DNA of 64,000 nucleotides from contig NW_026889803.1 of the NCBI RefSeq assembly GCF_033153115.1, positions 12,028,001-12,092,000 on the forward strand. The letters are read 5' to 3'. The DNA comes from Saccostrea echinata. Lineage: Eukaryota. Both the position numbers and the translations under genes were made by a program. Below, piece by piece: positions 1 to 13,992 of the stretch (positions are counted from its first letter, which is position 1; each line of letters starts with the position of its first letter). The notes under the pieces are model-generated. The model did no database searches, had not been told where the DNA came from, and saw only the letters and a list, made by a program, of their open reading frames with translations.

Positions 1-473
1 CTTTTTGATGAAATGCTTTGAAACTAAAAAAAAAAAGAAGAAATATATTAAAAGTGTGATATGGTAATCATGCATATGCATGCACGTGCGTGCGTGTGCA
101 ATGCTGAAATGACCAATATATTTGATATAGCCATCAGTTTTATACTCTTTTATGAAATGCTTTGAAACTCAGAATATAGAAATATATAAATCAAGATGAT
201 ATGGTCAACATGCACATGCATGCACGTGCGAAGCGTAAAATGATCAATAACATTTATATAGCTGTAAATTTATACTTTTTGATTAAATTCTTTCACACTC
301 AGTTTTATGAAATATATTTATAGAGTAGACAAGATGACATGGTCATCATGAACATGTATGCACATGCATGCGCGTGCAATGCTTAAATGACCAATAAACT
401 TGATAAAGCCATAACTTTTATATTTTTTTTATGAAATGTTTTGATACTCAGAATTAAGATGCATTTATAGTAT

Positions 474-1594
474 CAGGGTTTGACATTAACTTTGATGAGT
501 ACTAGACCAGTCGGGCTACTTTCAATAATTTTTACTAGCCCTGACCATAAAATCACTAGCCCAAACCAAACATGAAGATTTATTTTTTTATAACCTGCTA
601 ACTATAATAGAAAAAAAAAGTTTTGAAATCATACTTTAATAAAGATACCGTCTCTCGCACCTGTAAAGATATATTTTGACAGACTGTTCCATAGATCGCT
701 TGACGTTAGGTCGGGTTAAGCGTGACATGCAAATATTACAAGCCTTAAGAAACAATCAATGAACTTAAATAAAATAATTACCCTAAATATAAATACATTG
801 TAAATTAAGGAATACAGTGTTTTTTTCAGTACTTTGGGACTGGGGGCTGGATTGGGAATTTCAGCGTCAATTGGGCTATTGAATTGGGAATCTCCCAGAA
901 AACCAAGTCACTCAAAAAGCATTGTCAAAAAGCTTTGTTTTTTTTTTGTCTTTGTATTACTTTTGCAAACAATTGTTATAAAAATCAAGACTATTCTTGG
1001 TATGAATTATCTAATTACTTGCATCAAAAACAATAGTGGTATGAATTATCTAATTATGAAGAAATCCAATGAACAACAAAACCTGCTTGAACTTCACTGA
1101 AAAACATGCAATAAACAGACTGATTTTGATCACATATTTTGTGAGTTTTTCTTTGGGAAAACTTCCACTACATTTTGGGAAAATACAGGCATATTTTCAA
1201 TTGGGACTGGGGCGGGATTTTGGCCCCAAATCAGCCCTAAAAAAGTCACTGGAATATAATATATTATTCAATAACAATTCATACTAATTTATACTGAACG
1301 AAGCTAGTTCCCATTGCAACTTGTCTATTACAGCCGGGCTAAAAAATAGCCATTGTGTCATTCGGGGAAGTTATCTTTTAGTTACAGAGTGATGGCTGAT
1401 GTTAACAATCAGACAAACAAGAATTTAAAAAAAACTTTTTAAACTCTTTAGAATATTTATTTGAAAGACTGAAATGAGGGTTATCATTCATTTCATCCAC
1501 ACGACCAGTCGGTCTAGTTCACGTATATTTCACACGACTGGACCACTCATTTACTAGAATGGGTCGGTCAGACGTGCCTTAGTGTCAAACCCTG
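474..1594. mobile_element. Non-autonomous TIR DNA transposon (hAT-like, 5-bp TSD)
   Basis: TIR CAGGGTTTGACA / TGTCAAACCCTG; AGTAT on both flanks. Confidence 0.75.
815..1251. mobile_element. Nested non-autonomous TIR element
   Basis: CAGTG...CACTG ends, GAATA duplicated on both sides, subterminal ttggga repeats. Confidence 0.6.
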
Positions 1595-1689
1595 AGTATA
1601 GACGAGATGACATGGCCATCCTGCACATGCATACATGTGCGTGCGTGTGTAATGCGTAAAATGACCAATATACTTGATTGCCTTATTTA

Positions 1690-2760
1690 ATGAAGCTTAC
1701 AGGGAATAAGACACCAAAAGGGAGTTGGGAAGCATTTGGGGAACATCTGTAATGGTACCTGTTACAATTATAACTAGTTTTACTTGTTTTGGCAAGAAGT
1801 CTTAGGTAAGCCTTTCCAATTTGACAGTTCCCACAAGCATATATACCCCGGATATGTAGATCTCATAAGAGGTCAGCACTTGTAAAGAAATTGTCTATAT
1901 AAACTTATAAATTGCTCCCAAACATTGATCTACACAAGTCCATCAGAACTCTGTATGCCTGTCCTTTCTCTTGCTGTCTAAATTCCCTTCCAGTATAAAC
2001 TTGAAAGCCATGCATGTAGCAAGTATCACTCTTGTTCAAGAAAGTGATAAACCATTAGGGCTGTGTCAATATATCGAATATTCAATATGTATCGATATTC
2101 AGGAATGTATCGAAAAAATAACTTCCAACACGTATCGGAAAGGCAGTTTTCCTTATAATTCTGTAAAAATGTAGGGAATTTCAGTTACCAAAGATTATTT
2201 TTAACTGTCTTGAATTAAAACTGGTCAATAATGAAATAAACATTAAGGAGATAGCACATCTTAGATAACTATTACAAAATACATGGACAACTATATTTTA
2301 ACGTTATGTTAGACTCCCCCAGTTTTTATCAAATTTATGCAATAAATGTCATTTACAAGACATTATTGAAAGAAGTAGTAAATAATCCAATATATCGCAT
2401 ATCGCTTTATAAAATATCGTATTGTATCGTATCGAAATATTTTGCTCAATACAGAGCCCTATAAACCATGGTACTTTCCACAGTTTTTCTGGTTGTTCTG
2501 GTTGACTCTTCATTGTTCCATACATGGAGATATCTCATACATGGAGGTATAGATCTCTGTTTTTATGTGAAGTGGTATCTCCACATTTATGTGAAGTGGT
2601 CCCTAGGCATGTTTCTGCCAAATGAAGTTGTCAGAAGCCATTTTCTTTGTCTCCAGTAGTCATTTTTGTTGGGCATTCTCTTACTACTCATGGCAAAGCA
2701 TAAGCCTATAAAGGCTTTCATATTAGAGTCCATTTTGCAGCATATGGTTGGGTTGGTTTT
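1690..2760 (-). pseudogene. Decayed piggyBac transposase fragment
   Basis: Minus-strand peptides RMPNKNDYW..FGRNMPRD, CYMHGFQVYTGR and VYIDNFFTS (second catalytic Asp motif), broken by frameshifts and by the 2056-2461 MITE. Confidence 0.7.
2056..2461. mobile_element. hAT-type MITE
   Basis: TAGGGCT...AGCCCTA ends, 8-bp TSD TAAACCAT (2048-2055; 2462-2469), tatcga subterminal repeats. Confidence 0.85.
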
Positions 2761-3239
2761 TTCTCACTCTCCTGTTCAACATTAATTTGCTGTTATGAAG
2801 TTTTAAAATTATACAAATTCTTACTACCAATTGAAAGAGAAATATGTTCAGAACAAAATGATATAAAAGTTGATAAAGTTCTATCAGCACAAGTCCATGA
2901 AGATTTCAAATGAATGATGTCATGGTTTCCCTAAAAATTAAATGTATACACTTTTTACAAGTTGGCTTTATATTTGTCCATTTTCTTCTGCTATAGTCTA
3001 CTGCCAGTAATAAACTTTTGTGTGATAGTCCTTGAATCAAGTGCTTCTTGCATTACACCACAACGGAACATTGCATTTTTTTCCCACATTTCCTGGTTGG
3101 TTTTGTTTGCTTCTTCAGATTTTCAGTTACAGAAAATTTGGGATGGTTGTTTTTATACATCTTTCTTTTTGCTTAAAATACAGACTGTATAGCCACTTCC
3201 TTTAGATGCAGGCCCATTGGATTTTTCATCAAGATGAGT

Positions 3240-4150
3240 CTCAGGTTCTGTATCAAGAAAACGGGGGCATTTGAATCCTCTCCTTTCTTGGCGATAATTC
3301 CCGATGAGATGGTGGGCTATATCAAAAAGGTAGCTCAGTATGTCTTGTTTTTTGTATTTGTTGGAGGGATTGCCTTCCAGAACTGATCCCTCTATTATAT
3401 AGGAATTACAAAGTGCAATTTCTCAAAAGGAGATTCCAGGAGGGGATTTTTGACTTAATCATCTTGCTGATCAAGTCAGTCAACACCTCCCATATACCTT
3501 ATAACTTTTTTTTTGTGTGTATCACAATTTTTGTGAAAATATGCCAAAACAATGTTATTTTTAATTAGTATAATCCTATTTTTCAATCATTTCAGTGGTT
3601 TAATAGCCATATATGTATTCTATATGGTACACATTCAGTGACAAATTTATGTGAGTTTGATTTGATTTTTTGCAATCTAAAAATGCTCAGAAAAAATCTG
3701 ATCATCATAAAAATTAACCTTTTATACAGTATGTGGCATATTCCTTCATAGTAGATGTGACAGGAATCTCAAGTTCAGTGCCATCTTTGTTTCCTCTGGT
3801 TGTGATGAGGTCCTCTTTTTCTGGTCTGTGATATGATGACAGGTAGTACAAGAGATGATTGCCCTTCCAATATTGTGTCAACAGTGGACCAAGACCCTTG
3901 TGTTTTCCTGTCTCAGCTTTTCATTTTATGGCAGTGCTTAGGTTGGTATATTTCACTATTTTTTTCAAATAGTTCCTGGGTATAAAATTTTTGAAAAATT
4001 CTACAGCTTTGCATGAAGCATCCAAAATATATATGGGGCCAGCAGGCTCATGAATATCCCTTCTGTTTTCTGTTCTCTCCCATCAACAAAATCGGGGCTC
4101 TGTAAGCGTCCTCAGGTTCAAAGCCTTCAAAATCTGAATCCTCGTCACTT
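3240..4150 (-). pseudogene. Decayed piggyBac transposase fragments
   Basis: Minus-strand DEDSDFEGFEPED (N-terminal acidic motif, cf. DSDEEFLGFNPED in 30127-31914) and YMGGVDxLDQ-like third-Asp motif near 3470-3500. Confidence 0.6.
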
Positions 4151-4179
4151 TTCACAAGGAGGGTTTACAAAGTCAAAAT

Positions 4180-5343
4180 TTTTGACATCATAAACTTCTT
4201 ATCTACCAGTGGTGCTGCTGTAGTTCACTACCACACACAGCACATCTTTCACTGTAGGGACAGTGTGAGGCTTATTTAACAGACAGATTTTGCAGCTACA
4301 AGAGTTTGCAGCTGGAATAAATGGTACACTTGTAAAGCCAATCTCAACTCAATATCGCCCTTAGACCAGTCAATTTTAACGTTGTGTTGAATAAGCATAG
4401 TAGCACAATTAGCCGAGAACATTTTGTGGAACTCATAAAATTTGTGTGGCCAAATATTAGCTGTTTCGACAACATGTGCAAGGTACAAATCTAGCTCTTC
4501 CGCCCTGATGGAAATGCTGAACACATAATTCTTTTATACCTGCCAAAGGCAACTTTAAATTCATCAAAAGACAGGGCTCTTTGTAACCTCTCATCTTTCT
4601 CTTGTGTTTTCTTTTTAACAGGTGTTGCGTAATTTGGAATGAGTAAAGTGTTTAAATTCACATCTTTACCTACTACGATCTGTTGGCGTACTTCTGGGGA
4701 AATAATATCGATGTCGCTGGTACACCGAAAGATGACCTAGACATCTGAGTTGTGTCAGTGCTTGTGCGTACGGGGTGTAGAATCGGGGGAAATGTGCTAG
4801 CCTGTGTCTGACATGCTGTCATGGCTGACTGTAGACTGAAATTGGAAATAGGTTCGCTCTTTTGGGTCACTTGTAGAAAAGTTTACTGACAGAGTTGCAG
4901 CGTGTTGACAAGAGCGCTCTCTAATTTAGCATGGTTTCCGAGGCCTTCCGAACTGCCCTGGGTGGAAGTTGGCTGCGATAGTGACGTGTCACTCCGTGAG
5001 TGATGAAGTAGTGATTGGGTCGTTGGCGGTATGGCGGGTATAGATTCCTGATTTTCATTACTAGTAGGGCTTGCTTGCGATACAATTCCTGCATTAATCA
5101 CAGCGTTCGTATTTACGACACTGGTGGAGATCTCACTGTCCCTTTGATTACCAGCATTGGCAGTATTTTCTGTTAACACAGGTTGTTTTTCTTTATTGTC
5201 TTCGTACAATTTCCTCAATTATTATTCAGGGGAATAGAAATATTGATTCCCAAGTCTTTTAAAGCCGTTTATAACTGAGCATTTGTGCAGTTTGCAGGAT
5301 TAGTAGAATCAATCGAGTTCTTGGACCTTTGTCTTGACGCCAT
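4180..5343 (-). pseudogene. YR (DIRS/Ngaro) retrotransposon gag remnant
   Basis: RKLYEDN N-terminal motif, GKDVNL-like and FYEFHKMFS..HNVKIDWSKGD motifs homologous to gag at 21808-23191 and 46157-47456; frameshifted. Confidence 0.8.
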
Positions 5344-5653
5344 ATTTTGAAGAAATGGAAATTTTCCAGTTACATAAAACACAATTTTTTTGTCATATTT
5401 CGAACACAGATCCACACAATATATACGTAAATAGCATTCACATCCAGTAGTAAAAAGTATCTACATGTTGAGGCAAGAAAAACGGTATCTGAAGGCTTGA
5501 AATCAAAATGTAAACAATAGATATTTGGAAGCACGCACCAGCAATGAATTGGATATAAGCAATGACGTCACAAAAGGTTGCTAAAGTGAGGCTGAGTTAT
5601 GTAACATAACAAGTATAAAGGGGCTTTAAAATACACACAATTTCTGCATAATT

Positions 5654-6505
5654 TTATATATGTATATTGCAAGTGAGCGATGAATGATCCTTGTTCTTGC
5701 ATTGGCTACAAATATGAAGGAAAGGACAGTTGTTTCTTCCGCATTTCCTAGTAGAATTGAAATTGTTACAGATTTCCTGTCCATCGTGTAACAGCCTCTT
5801 TCTGCCATGCTTATCTGTATTACTGTTTGAGGATTGATGAGAAGTCATAGGTGAATTGCTCTGTGATTGAGGACAAAACCTAGTGTCATGAGAAACTTCT
5901 GAGCAGATAGAGCAGGATCTGGATTTAGATGCTATGAGTTGAATGAGATCTCTGTCTCTCACAGACCAGTCAACTTTAATCTTGTGAACGGCCAAGGCAT
6001 TGGCACTTCTCAGAGAAAATAGCTTGTGGTACTCATAAAATCTTTCTCCGTAAACATAAACCGTAAACATTGTATATGTCGATGATATTGGCTTCATACT
6101 GATCTAATTCTTCTCTGCGATTAGGGAATGCTTGGCACATGCATCGTTTATATTTTCCGAATGCGGTTAAAAACTCAGCAATAGCAAGGCACCTTTTAAG
6201 TCGGATATCTTCTTTCTCTGGTTTCTCTTTCTCTGAGGTAGTAATTTCGTAATAAGGAATAAGCAATGTAGCAAGATTAACATCCTTACCGTCGATGATG
6301 TTTTTTCCGAATGGAATTGGAAATAATTCCATTTGGGGCAATTCCTCCGGGTTCATGCTGAATTTCCTCGTGCTCTGGGTGTTTTCATTTGCCGTTTGGT
6401 AGAACTGCTGTAAAATAAATGATGGCGAGCTGTAAGCGTTTGTGTCTTTTGTTGTAATAAGGGTAGTTAAACTCGAAACCATCGTCTGGAGGCTTTGAAC
6501 TGTCG
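5654..6505 (-). pseudogene. YR retrotransposon gag remnant with CCHC and CCCH zinc fingers
   Basis: GKDVNLATLLIP, EFLTAFGKYKR, CSICSEVSHDTRFC, ICNNFN..C..C..H + CSQC..H..C. Confidence 0.85.
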
Positions 6506-7371
6506 GTGTCGGTAGTTGTTTGTAACAGTTTTTTGGCATGAGCTCAGAGGCAAACCGCTTCTTCGCCGGCACACAATGAAATTTCTCTGTCTTCTTTGGA
6601 CATGATGAATCACAGGAAAAAGGTCCAGTATATAGTTAATAAAGTCGATTGTGAGCGGCCATGACACTTACAGCAAATAGACAGATTGGCAAACTCTTCG
6701 GGGTAGCAAAACCAGCATTCACTGCACATTGCAGAGCAATCCATGGTGATGCATGCGCATAGATGAAATCAGCTTCCAGGATAATGTCTAAAGTCTGATA
6801 GCTTCCTCACTGAAGATCACATAATTATCAGGGACAAGGTAATAGTTCCTTGCGTAAGCCATAACATCCATGATGTAAAACACACAGATATGTCAAATTT
6901 AAAGTCCAAAGGGCATATAATATGTCTAGGATATTTCCCCAACACAAAAACTTAGTTGCGACTGCCAAAGAATTAATTTATAAAAAAAAAAATTACGACT
7001 GGCGGAGCCTGTAGGTTCAAAGATTTTTTTGAAAGTTACACTATCTACAGATCAGCTTAAATAATTTATATTGATAATAGTAATCTGATCGGTCAATTAC
7101 ATTGTTATTTATTGAAATCTGGCATAGGACGATACTGATTATAGGAAAATTAAGTAGTAAATAGAGGAAGCCCTCTGAATATAGAGGGCGCCCTAAATAC
7201 CCCCTAGGGGGATCCCCATATGGGCTCAAAGGGTATTGAATAAAGTGGACAATTTCTTGCTGAAAGCTGATTGGTTTGAAAATTATTAACAACATGGGTA
7301 ATGGATCCCACACAAATACAAAATGACCACGATATTAAATAAATAACAATTAAATTACATTTAATATTACA
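6506..7371 (-). mobile_element. 5' end of a SAM-Gag YR element: terminal repeat, decayed ORF0 (ATG 6871) and gag start (ATG 6603)
   Basis: 6900-7371 matches 52345-52792; MDVMAYARNYY...DCSAMCSECWFCYPEEF (frameshifted) and MSKEDREISLCAGEEAV..AKKL match the copies at 54-55 kb and 61-64 kb. Confidence 0.75.
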
Positions 7372-7739
7372 AATTTCCTTTACCTACACTAAAAGTTGGT
7401 AAATTCTGTCACTTCGAACACCAACCAGTGCCAATAAGATTTAGCTGATCCTGCCCACAATGTGACGTAAGCGGTCCAATATCTTATCGACAGGTCCAGT
7501 ATCTCACTTTGTGGTCAAACATTGATTTTTTTATGACTGCTCAGTAAAACATTTGGAAATGCTTGACTTTTTGTGGTATAGATTTATAAAGGGACCAATT
7601 TTTAAAGGTATAACAATTAGTGATATTCCTATGTTCTCTACGAATAAAATTATGATATGTAGAAATAATATTTAGGGTGTGAATTGGGGTGATCTTATCT
7701 TTATGTTTTGGTTGGAGGAAAGTCTGTAATATGAGTCCT

Positions 7740-8100
7740 AGTCATAATTCTTGGAATACTGGGAATTTTCAATGGCCATGTTTACTCCCTGCCAGTGTAT
7801 ACGATGGCACTCTGAGGACTGAAAATATTAGGTGAATTTCCAAGAATGCCATCATCTCTGGAATTGTTGTAGGAACCCAAAATTTGTTGGTCCATGTAGT
7901 GATTGGTCTTGTGACATAAACTTTGGTTTCCTCCATGATTTTCTAGATCAGTGTTGTAGAAAAGGATTTCAGGAAAAAATACAATTCTTTCGTGTCCTCA
8001 TCCAGCACAAAAATGGGCCAACTTTCTTTGTAAATTCAATCACATTTGGTTTGTGAAACTCTTGTGACCAGGTTGCATCATCTATTTATCAACACTTACT
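7740..8100 (-). pseudogene. Possible piggyBac transposase fragment
   Basis: Minus-strand ELYFF...IMEETKVY and IVYTGRE resemble piggyBac motifs; very decayed. Confidence 0.4.
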
Positions 8101-9518
8101 AACTATTGAATCAATTGAGCAGTTGCTTTTCATATTTTCTACATATCTCAAGTATAACTATCCCACACCTCAGATTTCCAGATATTCTCCATATTCAAAA
8201 TAAGGAGAAAATGCGAACAGAAGTATTTGGACTCTTTTTCCGTATTCAATCCAGATTTTCATAGATTCAAATTTCCAGATTTTCTCCGTTTTCAAAATAT
8301 GGAGAAAATGCGGATGGGAGTATTGGACTCTTTTTCCGTATTAACTCCAGATTTCCGCATGTCCGTATATTTAAAATATGGAAAAAATACAGAGGTATTT
8401 ACATGGTTGATAAAAATGAGGAAATACGGAAATGTGGAGAAAATATGGAGCTATTTACATGGTTGGTAAAACGACTTAAAACTGCTATAAAACTGCTAGG
8501 AACTGCTACATGATGCATACATACATAATTATTTACAACACCATCAACAATGTGTAAAATTATATATACAATTTATTATATCATTAGGAGCAAAAAATTT
8601 AAATGGATATCCAAACGGCTAAAAACTGCTATAAAACTGCTAGGAACTGCTACATGGTGCATACATACTTAATTATTTACAACACCATCAACAATGTGTA
8701 AAATTATATAAAATTTATTATATCATTAGGAGCAAAAAATTTAAATGAATGAAAAAAATTTACACATTATGTTCATGACCAATGTATTGGATCCTATCTT
8801 TTGAAGATTTATTACTTACAGAAGAGCATGTATGGAAAAAGTTTGAACTTTTCAGCCACAAATTTATCATGAAAAAATAAGAATGTGGCATTTTTTAGAT
8901 AATAAATAAAATGGAAATCTAAAAAACTGGTAGTAAAAAGTTCAACACTATTAGATACTAGTATTGGGAAAAATAAAAATATTTGACATAGCAATGAATA
9001 TTTACTAAGATCATGTAGACTTTTTTTTTTTTATCAATCTTGATTACATTACACACACTTGTAAACAACAGCTATAAGAATAAATCATTAATTAGTAAGA
9101 ACATTGATTGGTATCAGTCTTTGCCATTTTCTACCTGCATTCCTGATTCATTCCTCACAATTCAATTTATATCTCAGGGCTGTGCTTCACACCCATCTGT
9201 TTAATAAAAATTTTCTTGACTTCTTTGTAATTTGTAAGGTCACTGCATGTTTAATGTCTTGCAGCAGCACTTGGTCAAATTGGTGAATCCTATCAGTTAA
9301 AAAAAAAATGCTTTAACTTTAATGGTGCAATATTAATAAGATTTAAATTAATTCCTTACCTTTTATAATCTTTTTATATACACAAGTTTGGGTTCTTCAA
9401 TTTTATATCGATAATTGTATACAATAATTTACCATGACAATCATAATTATTTGATGACTGTTTTTAATATAAACAAGCAATTTTTTTACCGGGCAAATAA
9501 AGCTTTCCCTAAAATTAA

Positions 9519-10409
9519 AACAAGAGGCCCATGGGCCACTTGCTCACCTGAGCACATTGGCTAGGCAAAAGCACAAATCAGTTCAGTATTGAAATGATTA
9601 CTGGGGGGGGGGGGGGGGAGGGGGGGGGCTTGAATTTTAAACTACCTGATGATGCTTTCATGTCATTATAACAAATGGCTTTGTTGTACTTGTGAAGATT
9701 TTATAAAAAAAATTTCCCATATATTCCTTTGTAAAAATTTGATCCCCCATTGTGGCTCCTCCCTATCCCAGGGGTCATCATTTGAACAAACTTGAATCTA
9801 CACTACCTGAGGATGCTTCCATATCAATATGACTAAACATAGCTTTTCTGTTCTTGAGAAGAAATATTTTTTCTATATGTTCTTATGTAAAACTTTGATC
9901 CCCCATTGTGGCCCCACCCTACCCCCGGGGGTCATGATTTGAACAAACTTGAATCTACACTATCTGAGGATGCTTCCATATAAATATGACTCATCATGGC
10001 TCTGCTGTTCTTGAGAAGAAGATTTTTAAAGATTTTTCCTATATATTTCTATGTAAAACTTTGATCCTCCATTGTGGCCCCACCCTACCCCCGGGGGTCA
10101 TGATTTGAACAAACTTGAATCTACACTATCTGAGGATGCTTCCATATAAATATGACTCATCATGGCTCTGCTGTTCTTGAGAAGAAGATTTTTAAAGATT
10201 TTTCCTATATATTTCTATGTAAAACTTTGATCCTCCATTGTGGCCCCGCCCTAACCCCGGGGGTCATGATTTGAACAAATTTGAATCTACACTACCTGAG
10301 GATGCTTCCACCTGTGTTACATCTTTCCTGGCCCTGTGGTTCTTGAGAAGAAGATTTTTAAAAGATGCTAATAATTTTTCACTAATTCTTTATTATCTCC
10401 CCTTGAAAG

Positions 10410-10459
<50 letters not shown>

Positions 10460-10462
10460 ACT

Positions 10463-10517
<55 letters not shown>

Positions 10518-10579
10518 GTTAAAAGTTTACAGACAGACAGACAGACGGACAGACAGACAGACGGACGCCGGACAAAAAG

Positions 10580-10624
<45 letters not shown>
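9519..10624 (-). mobile_element. Helentron-derived non-autonomous element (pearl/HINE type) with 166-bp tandem repeats
   Basis: aaacaagaggcccatgggcc + gctcacctgag at one end; gctcacttgagccttcggctcaggtgagctaaaa hairpin and (GACA/GACG)n at the other; internal repeats with period 166 (ttgatc ending 9900, 10066, 10232). Confidence 0.9.
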
Positions 10625-10625
<1 letters not shown>

Positions 10626-11301
10626 GGAGGATATATACCTCATACATTAACATCCATGGACCAGCTTTAAGCCTGGTAAAATCACAATAAGAGATTACAG
10701 CCCCCCTCCCCCTTTAATTGATGTTAACCATAATTAAGTTCTATGAGCTGATTGAATGATTTGACATGATTTAAATTCTTAAGATTCCAAATGTCTTTTC
10801 AAATTCACATTTATTTTAGAAAAGATTTCAGAAAATTATCAATGTACACAGTACATTTTTTGTGGTTACATTATATGCCAGAGACCTACATTTGAAGGAA
10901 TAATTTGCCTTTATAATGCTCAAGAATATAAGTACAATTTTGCTCTTTCATTAAACATTGGAGCAGTAAAACTTCTATACTGTGTGAAAATAAAGGATGT
11001 TTTCCATTTTTAGTCAATTTCAAATTTCACTTACTATATTCTCAATATGTCGGTGACCTTGACCTTACTTGGTGTATAAAAATTGTCTAAACCACTCAGC
11101 TAAACAGGGCTCTGCATTAATTTGATAGATCTTTTCCATCTAATTTTAAAATGCATATACATGTAATAAATCATCTCTCTTCAAAACTAATAACTATGCA
11201 AAGTTTCATTGAATTCAAAGGGAAAATATGAGGAGAGGAAAGTAAAATTTTTCCTTTGTTAACAACATCAAAATTAAATGACATCAGTTACTTCTACATT
11301 T

Positions 11302-11525
11302 GTCGAATCCCACTGTGGGACGTGGAGACCAGACTTCGGATGAGACCGTATAACCGAGGTCCCGTGTTGCAGTAGGTGCTGGCACAATAAAGATCCCTCA
11401 CTGCTCAATGGCCGTAAGTGCCGAGTATAGGACAAAATTTGCAGCTCTCCACCGGCAAGTGGTGGCGTCTCCATATGAGTGAAAAATTCTCGAGAGGGAC
11501 GTTAAACAACATACAAACAAAACAA
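11302..11525 (+). mobile_element. 5'-truncated tRNA-derived SINE (Meta-domain-like core)
   Basis: B-box remnant gtcgaatccc, core ggatgagaccgtataaccgaggtcccgtg..ggcacaataaagatccc, (ACAA)n tail, 12-bp TSD ACTTCTACATTT (11290-11301; 11526-11537). Confidence 0.85.
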
Positions 11526-11739
11526 ACTTCTACATTTATATGTGATCCATATATGTATAGGGCAGATGGCTTCTTTTTCCATAATGTAAGGAAATGGTTA
11601 AGGTAAAGAACATCAAACAGAAGACATGAACAGAGCTAAGTGAAATTGTCTCTTTCTATATCACTTCAAGTGAATGAATGTCTTTGTTATTTGCAGAAAT
11701 GTATCACATTTTCTTTATCTAGTTGTTCATTTTCTTTTT

Positions 11740-11915
11740 TATAGTTTCTCATTTTAGCTTGTGTAGAGATCCACCACACCTTTTACCTTTTGAAATAGCC
11801 TCAAAACACTCTTTTCAGAGTTAGGGAGGTTCTTCTAGCGGTTTTATCAAAATAATTTGAGAAAATTTTCTCAACTCTTCTTCCTCTTCTTTTGACCATT
11901 TTCTCTTTTGCCTAT
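11740..11915 (-). pseudogene. Decayed SANT/Myb-like coding fragment, probably TE-derived
   Basis: Minus-strand RQKRKWSKEEEEELRK...; frameshifts and stops. Confidence 0.4.
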
Positions 11916-12706
11916 TGGAAAAAAAATTATTAATGGTTTTATGTTGACATCTGTATGTTGGATGGCTTCTATTCAACCACAGTGTGGGAGAGTTTTGAGC
12001 GTGTAACTATTCCAATTTTTTTTTTAGGCTTTCAGCCAGTGAAGTTCCTTTATCTAAGCCATACTCATTTGGAGACATGCAAAGTCCCTTTGTGATGAAA
12101 AATAGTTCCTTTTCATTGAATGCAATGAAAAAAAAATTCCTTTCCTTTTTCATATCTTGCCAGTATTTGCAAAGAGAAAAGGGTTTCCCCCTTTTATCCC
12201 AGCCTTTTTTCTGACTTTTTCGTTTGCAAGATAATTCGTGCTAGAGATTACCTCCTTTGGGCAAATGACCAGTACTCTGGTCCCATTCTGGAAAAATATG
12301 AGGAAAATAATTTCATTTTTTCAATATCACTGAAAATTGACACCTTTTCACTAAAACTGCTCATTAAAATTGTAAAGTAATACCTATTAAGGTCAAAGAC
12401 ACAATAAAATAAGAAAACCTATACAGTTCATGTTTTTTCAATGTTTTTCCACACAGCTCACCACTCGCCAAATTATACTGTGAAATTTGGTCTTCTTGTA
12501 CGATGTCAATACATCAAGCATAATTAACTCATTTGTACATTGTTTCAAATTGATAACTGGCACATACAATTTAAGTTCTATCATTTAAAATAAAGGATAT
12601 CTTGAGAAAAAATTCACCAATAACTTTGGAAATGAATTGGGTTTCACTTATTACAATCCTTTAATTCTTTCCCACTCAGAGCTCTTTAGATAAGCGCTTC
12701 TGTATA

Positions 12707-13992
12707 CCGTAAAGTCGCTTGTATTGGCCACACTTTTTTTCTTCAGAAAATTGTTTAAAATTTGGGATGCGCTTAATACTTCGGAACAAAATACAATCCC
12801 CCTTTTTTCCAGGACACTTTCTCAGTGCCGAGGACCATTTTCCCGATCCATTTGAATTGATTACTTTTTGTAACCAATTACGTCAAAGTTTGTTACTATT
12901 ACTCTAATTTCAGAGTCATATACGTCAGCCCTACCTGTTGTAGTCATATACATCTACCCTACCTGTTGAGGAAAAAAGATAATCGTTTCATAAATAAAAT
13001 CATAATGAAAAATGATCTTTGTTTTTGTTTTATTTCCATTGCGTATTCCACCATTTTGAACTACCATTGCATATAACATATAAAAGGACTGCATGTCGCT
13101 TAAGACATAGATATATTAATTAATACCTATAAACGAGTCAACAACTATAATCTTTGTGATATATTCTGAATTATCTTTAATTCTATATCTTATTTTTATC
13201 TTTTTAAATTTCAGATTTGTAATTAGAGGTGCAAATCATTAGGGATTCTATTGTCGCATCATTGCTATGTATAACTTCAGTCTATGTTGTCACGTACATT
13301 TAGGACATGACCATTGTTTATTTAACAATTATCACCTCAACGCCTTCAATGAAAACAACACGTTTTTAAAAAGAACTTTATTAAAACATATTTCAGTCGG
13401 AAGCACATAAAAAAATACAAGCACATTCAAGAAAATATTCGTAAGACATAAATATTAAAATGTTCATTTAGCATGTCATCATGGTCACAGTACTGATTGT
13501 TCATTGCACTAGCTAACTAAAATAATTATCGATGGATACCAAGAACTGTTTAATTACCCAAAGCCAAACCTTTGACACTAATCGCTTGGGTATGATTTTT
13601 GATTACTAAATACTGACGCGTGCTTGTTATGCAATAAACCGGTAAGCATAACTTCATAACATGCTTGGAATTAATACGAAAAGAAAATAATCAGTACGTA
13701 TTTCTTTTATTACCTTTGGTTAGATAATTATGAAAAAGATTAAATGTTCACAAATGCACACTTATAATACGTAGAGTAAAAAAAGCTGACTTGCTACTTT
13801 CATTTGAGATTCATAAATTTTCCTACTTTTATCTTAAGTTACTGTACTAGAAAACTTAAAGTCACATCCAATTTATGTGTTTTTTGAATGCACATTTTAC
13901 ATACAACCTGCTTTTTTTTTCTTCAGGATTTTCACCCCAACTTTGGGGGTGCGTCTTTTACACCATTGCGGCCAATACACGCGACTTTATGG
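12707..13992. mobile_element. Non-autonomous Tc1/mariner-pogo-type element, copy 1 (empty-site reference)
   Basis: TA flanks, TIR ccgtaaagtcgcttgtattggcc / ggccaatacacgcgactttatgg; colinear with 17656-25094. Confidence 0.85.

Larger units (their letters stand above)
1..1680. repeat. Degenerate ~140-bp tandem (satellite-like) array, interrupted by a TIR element
   Basis: Recurring unit with catgcacatgcatgcacgtgcg...aatgaccaata at ~70, ~210, ~350 and resuming at ~1620 after the 474-1594 insertion. Confidence 0.75.

Noticed and set aside
8477-8750. ~144-bp tandem duplication; also 24-bp triplication at 16493-16560
   Set aside because: Ordinary local slippage with no evident function
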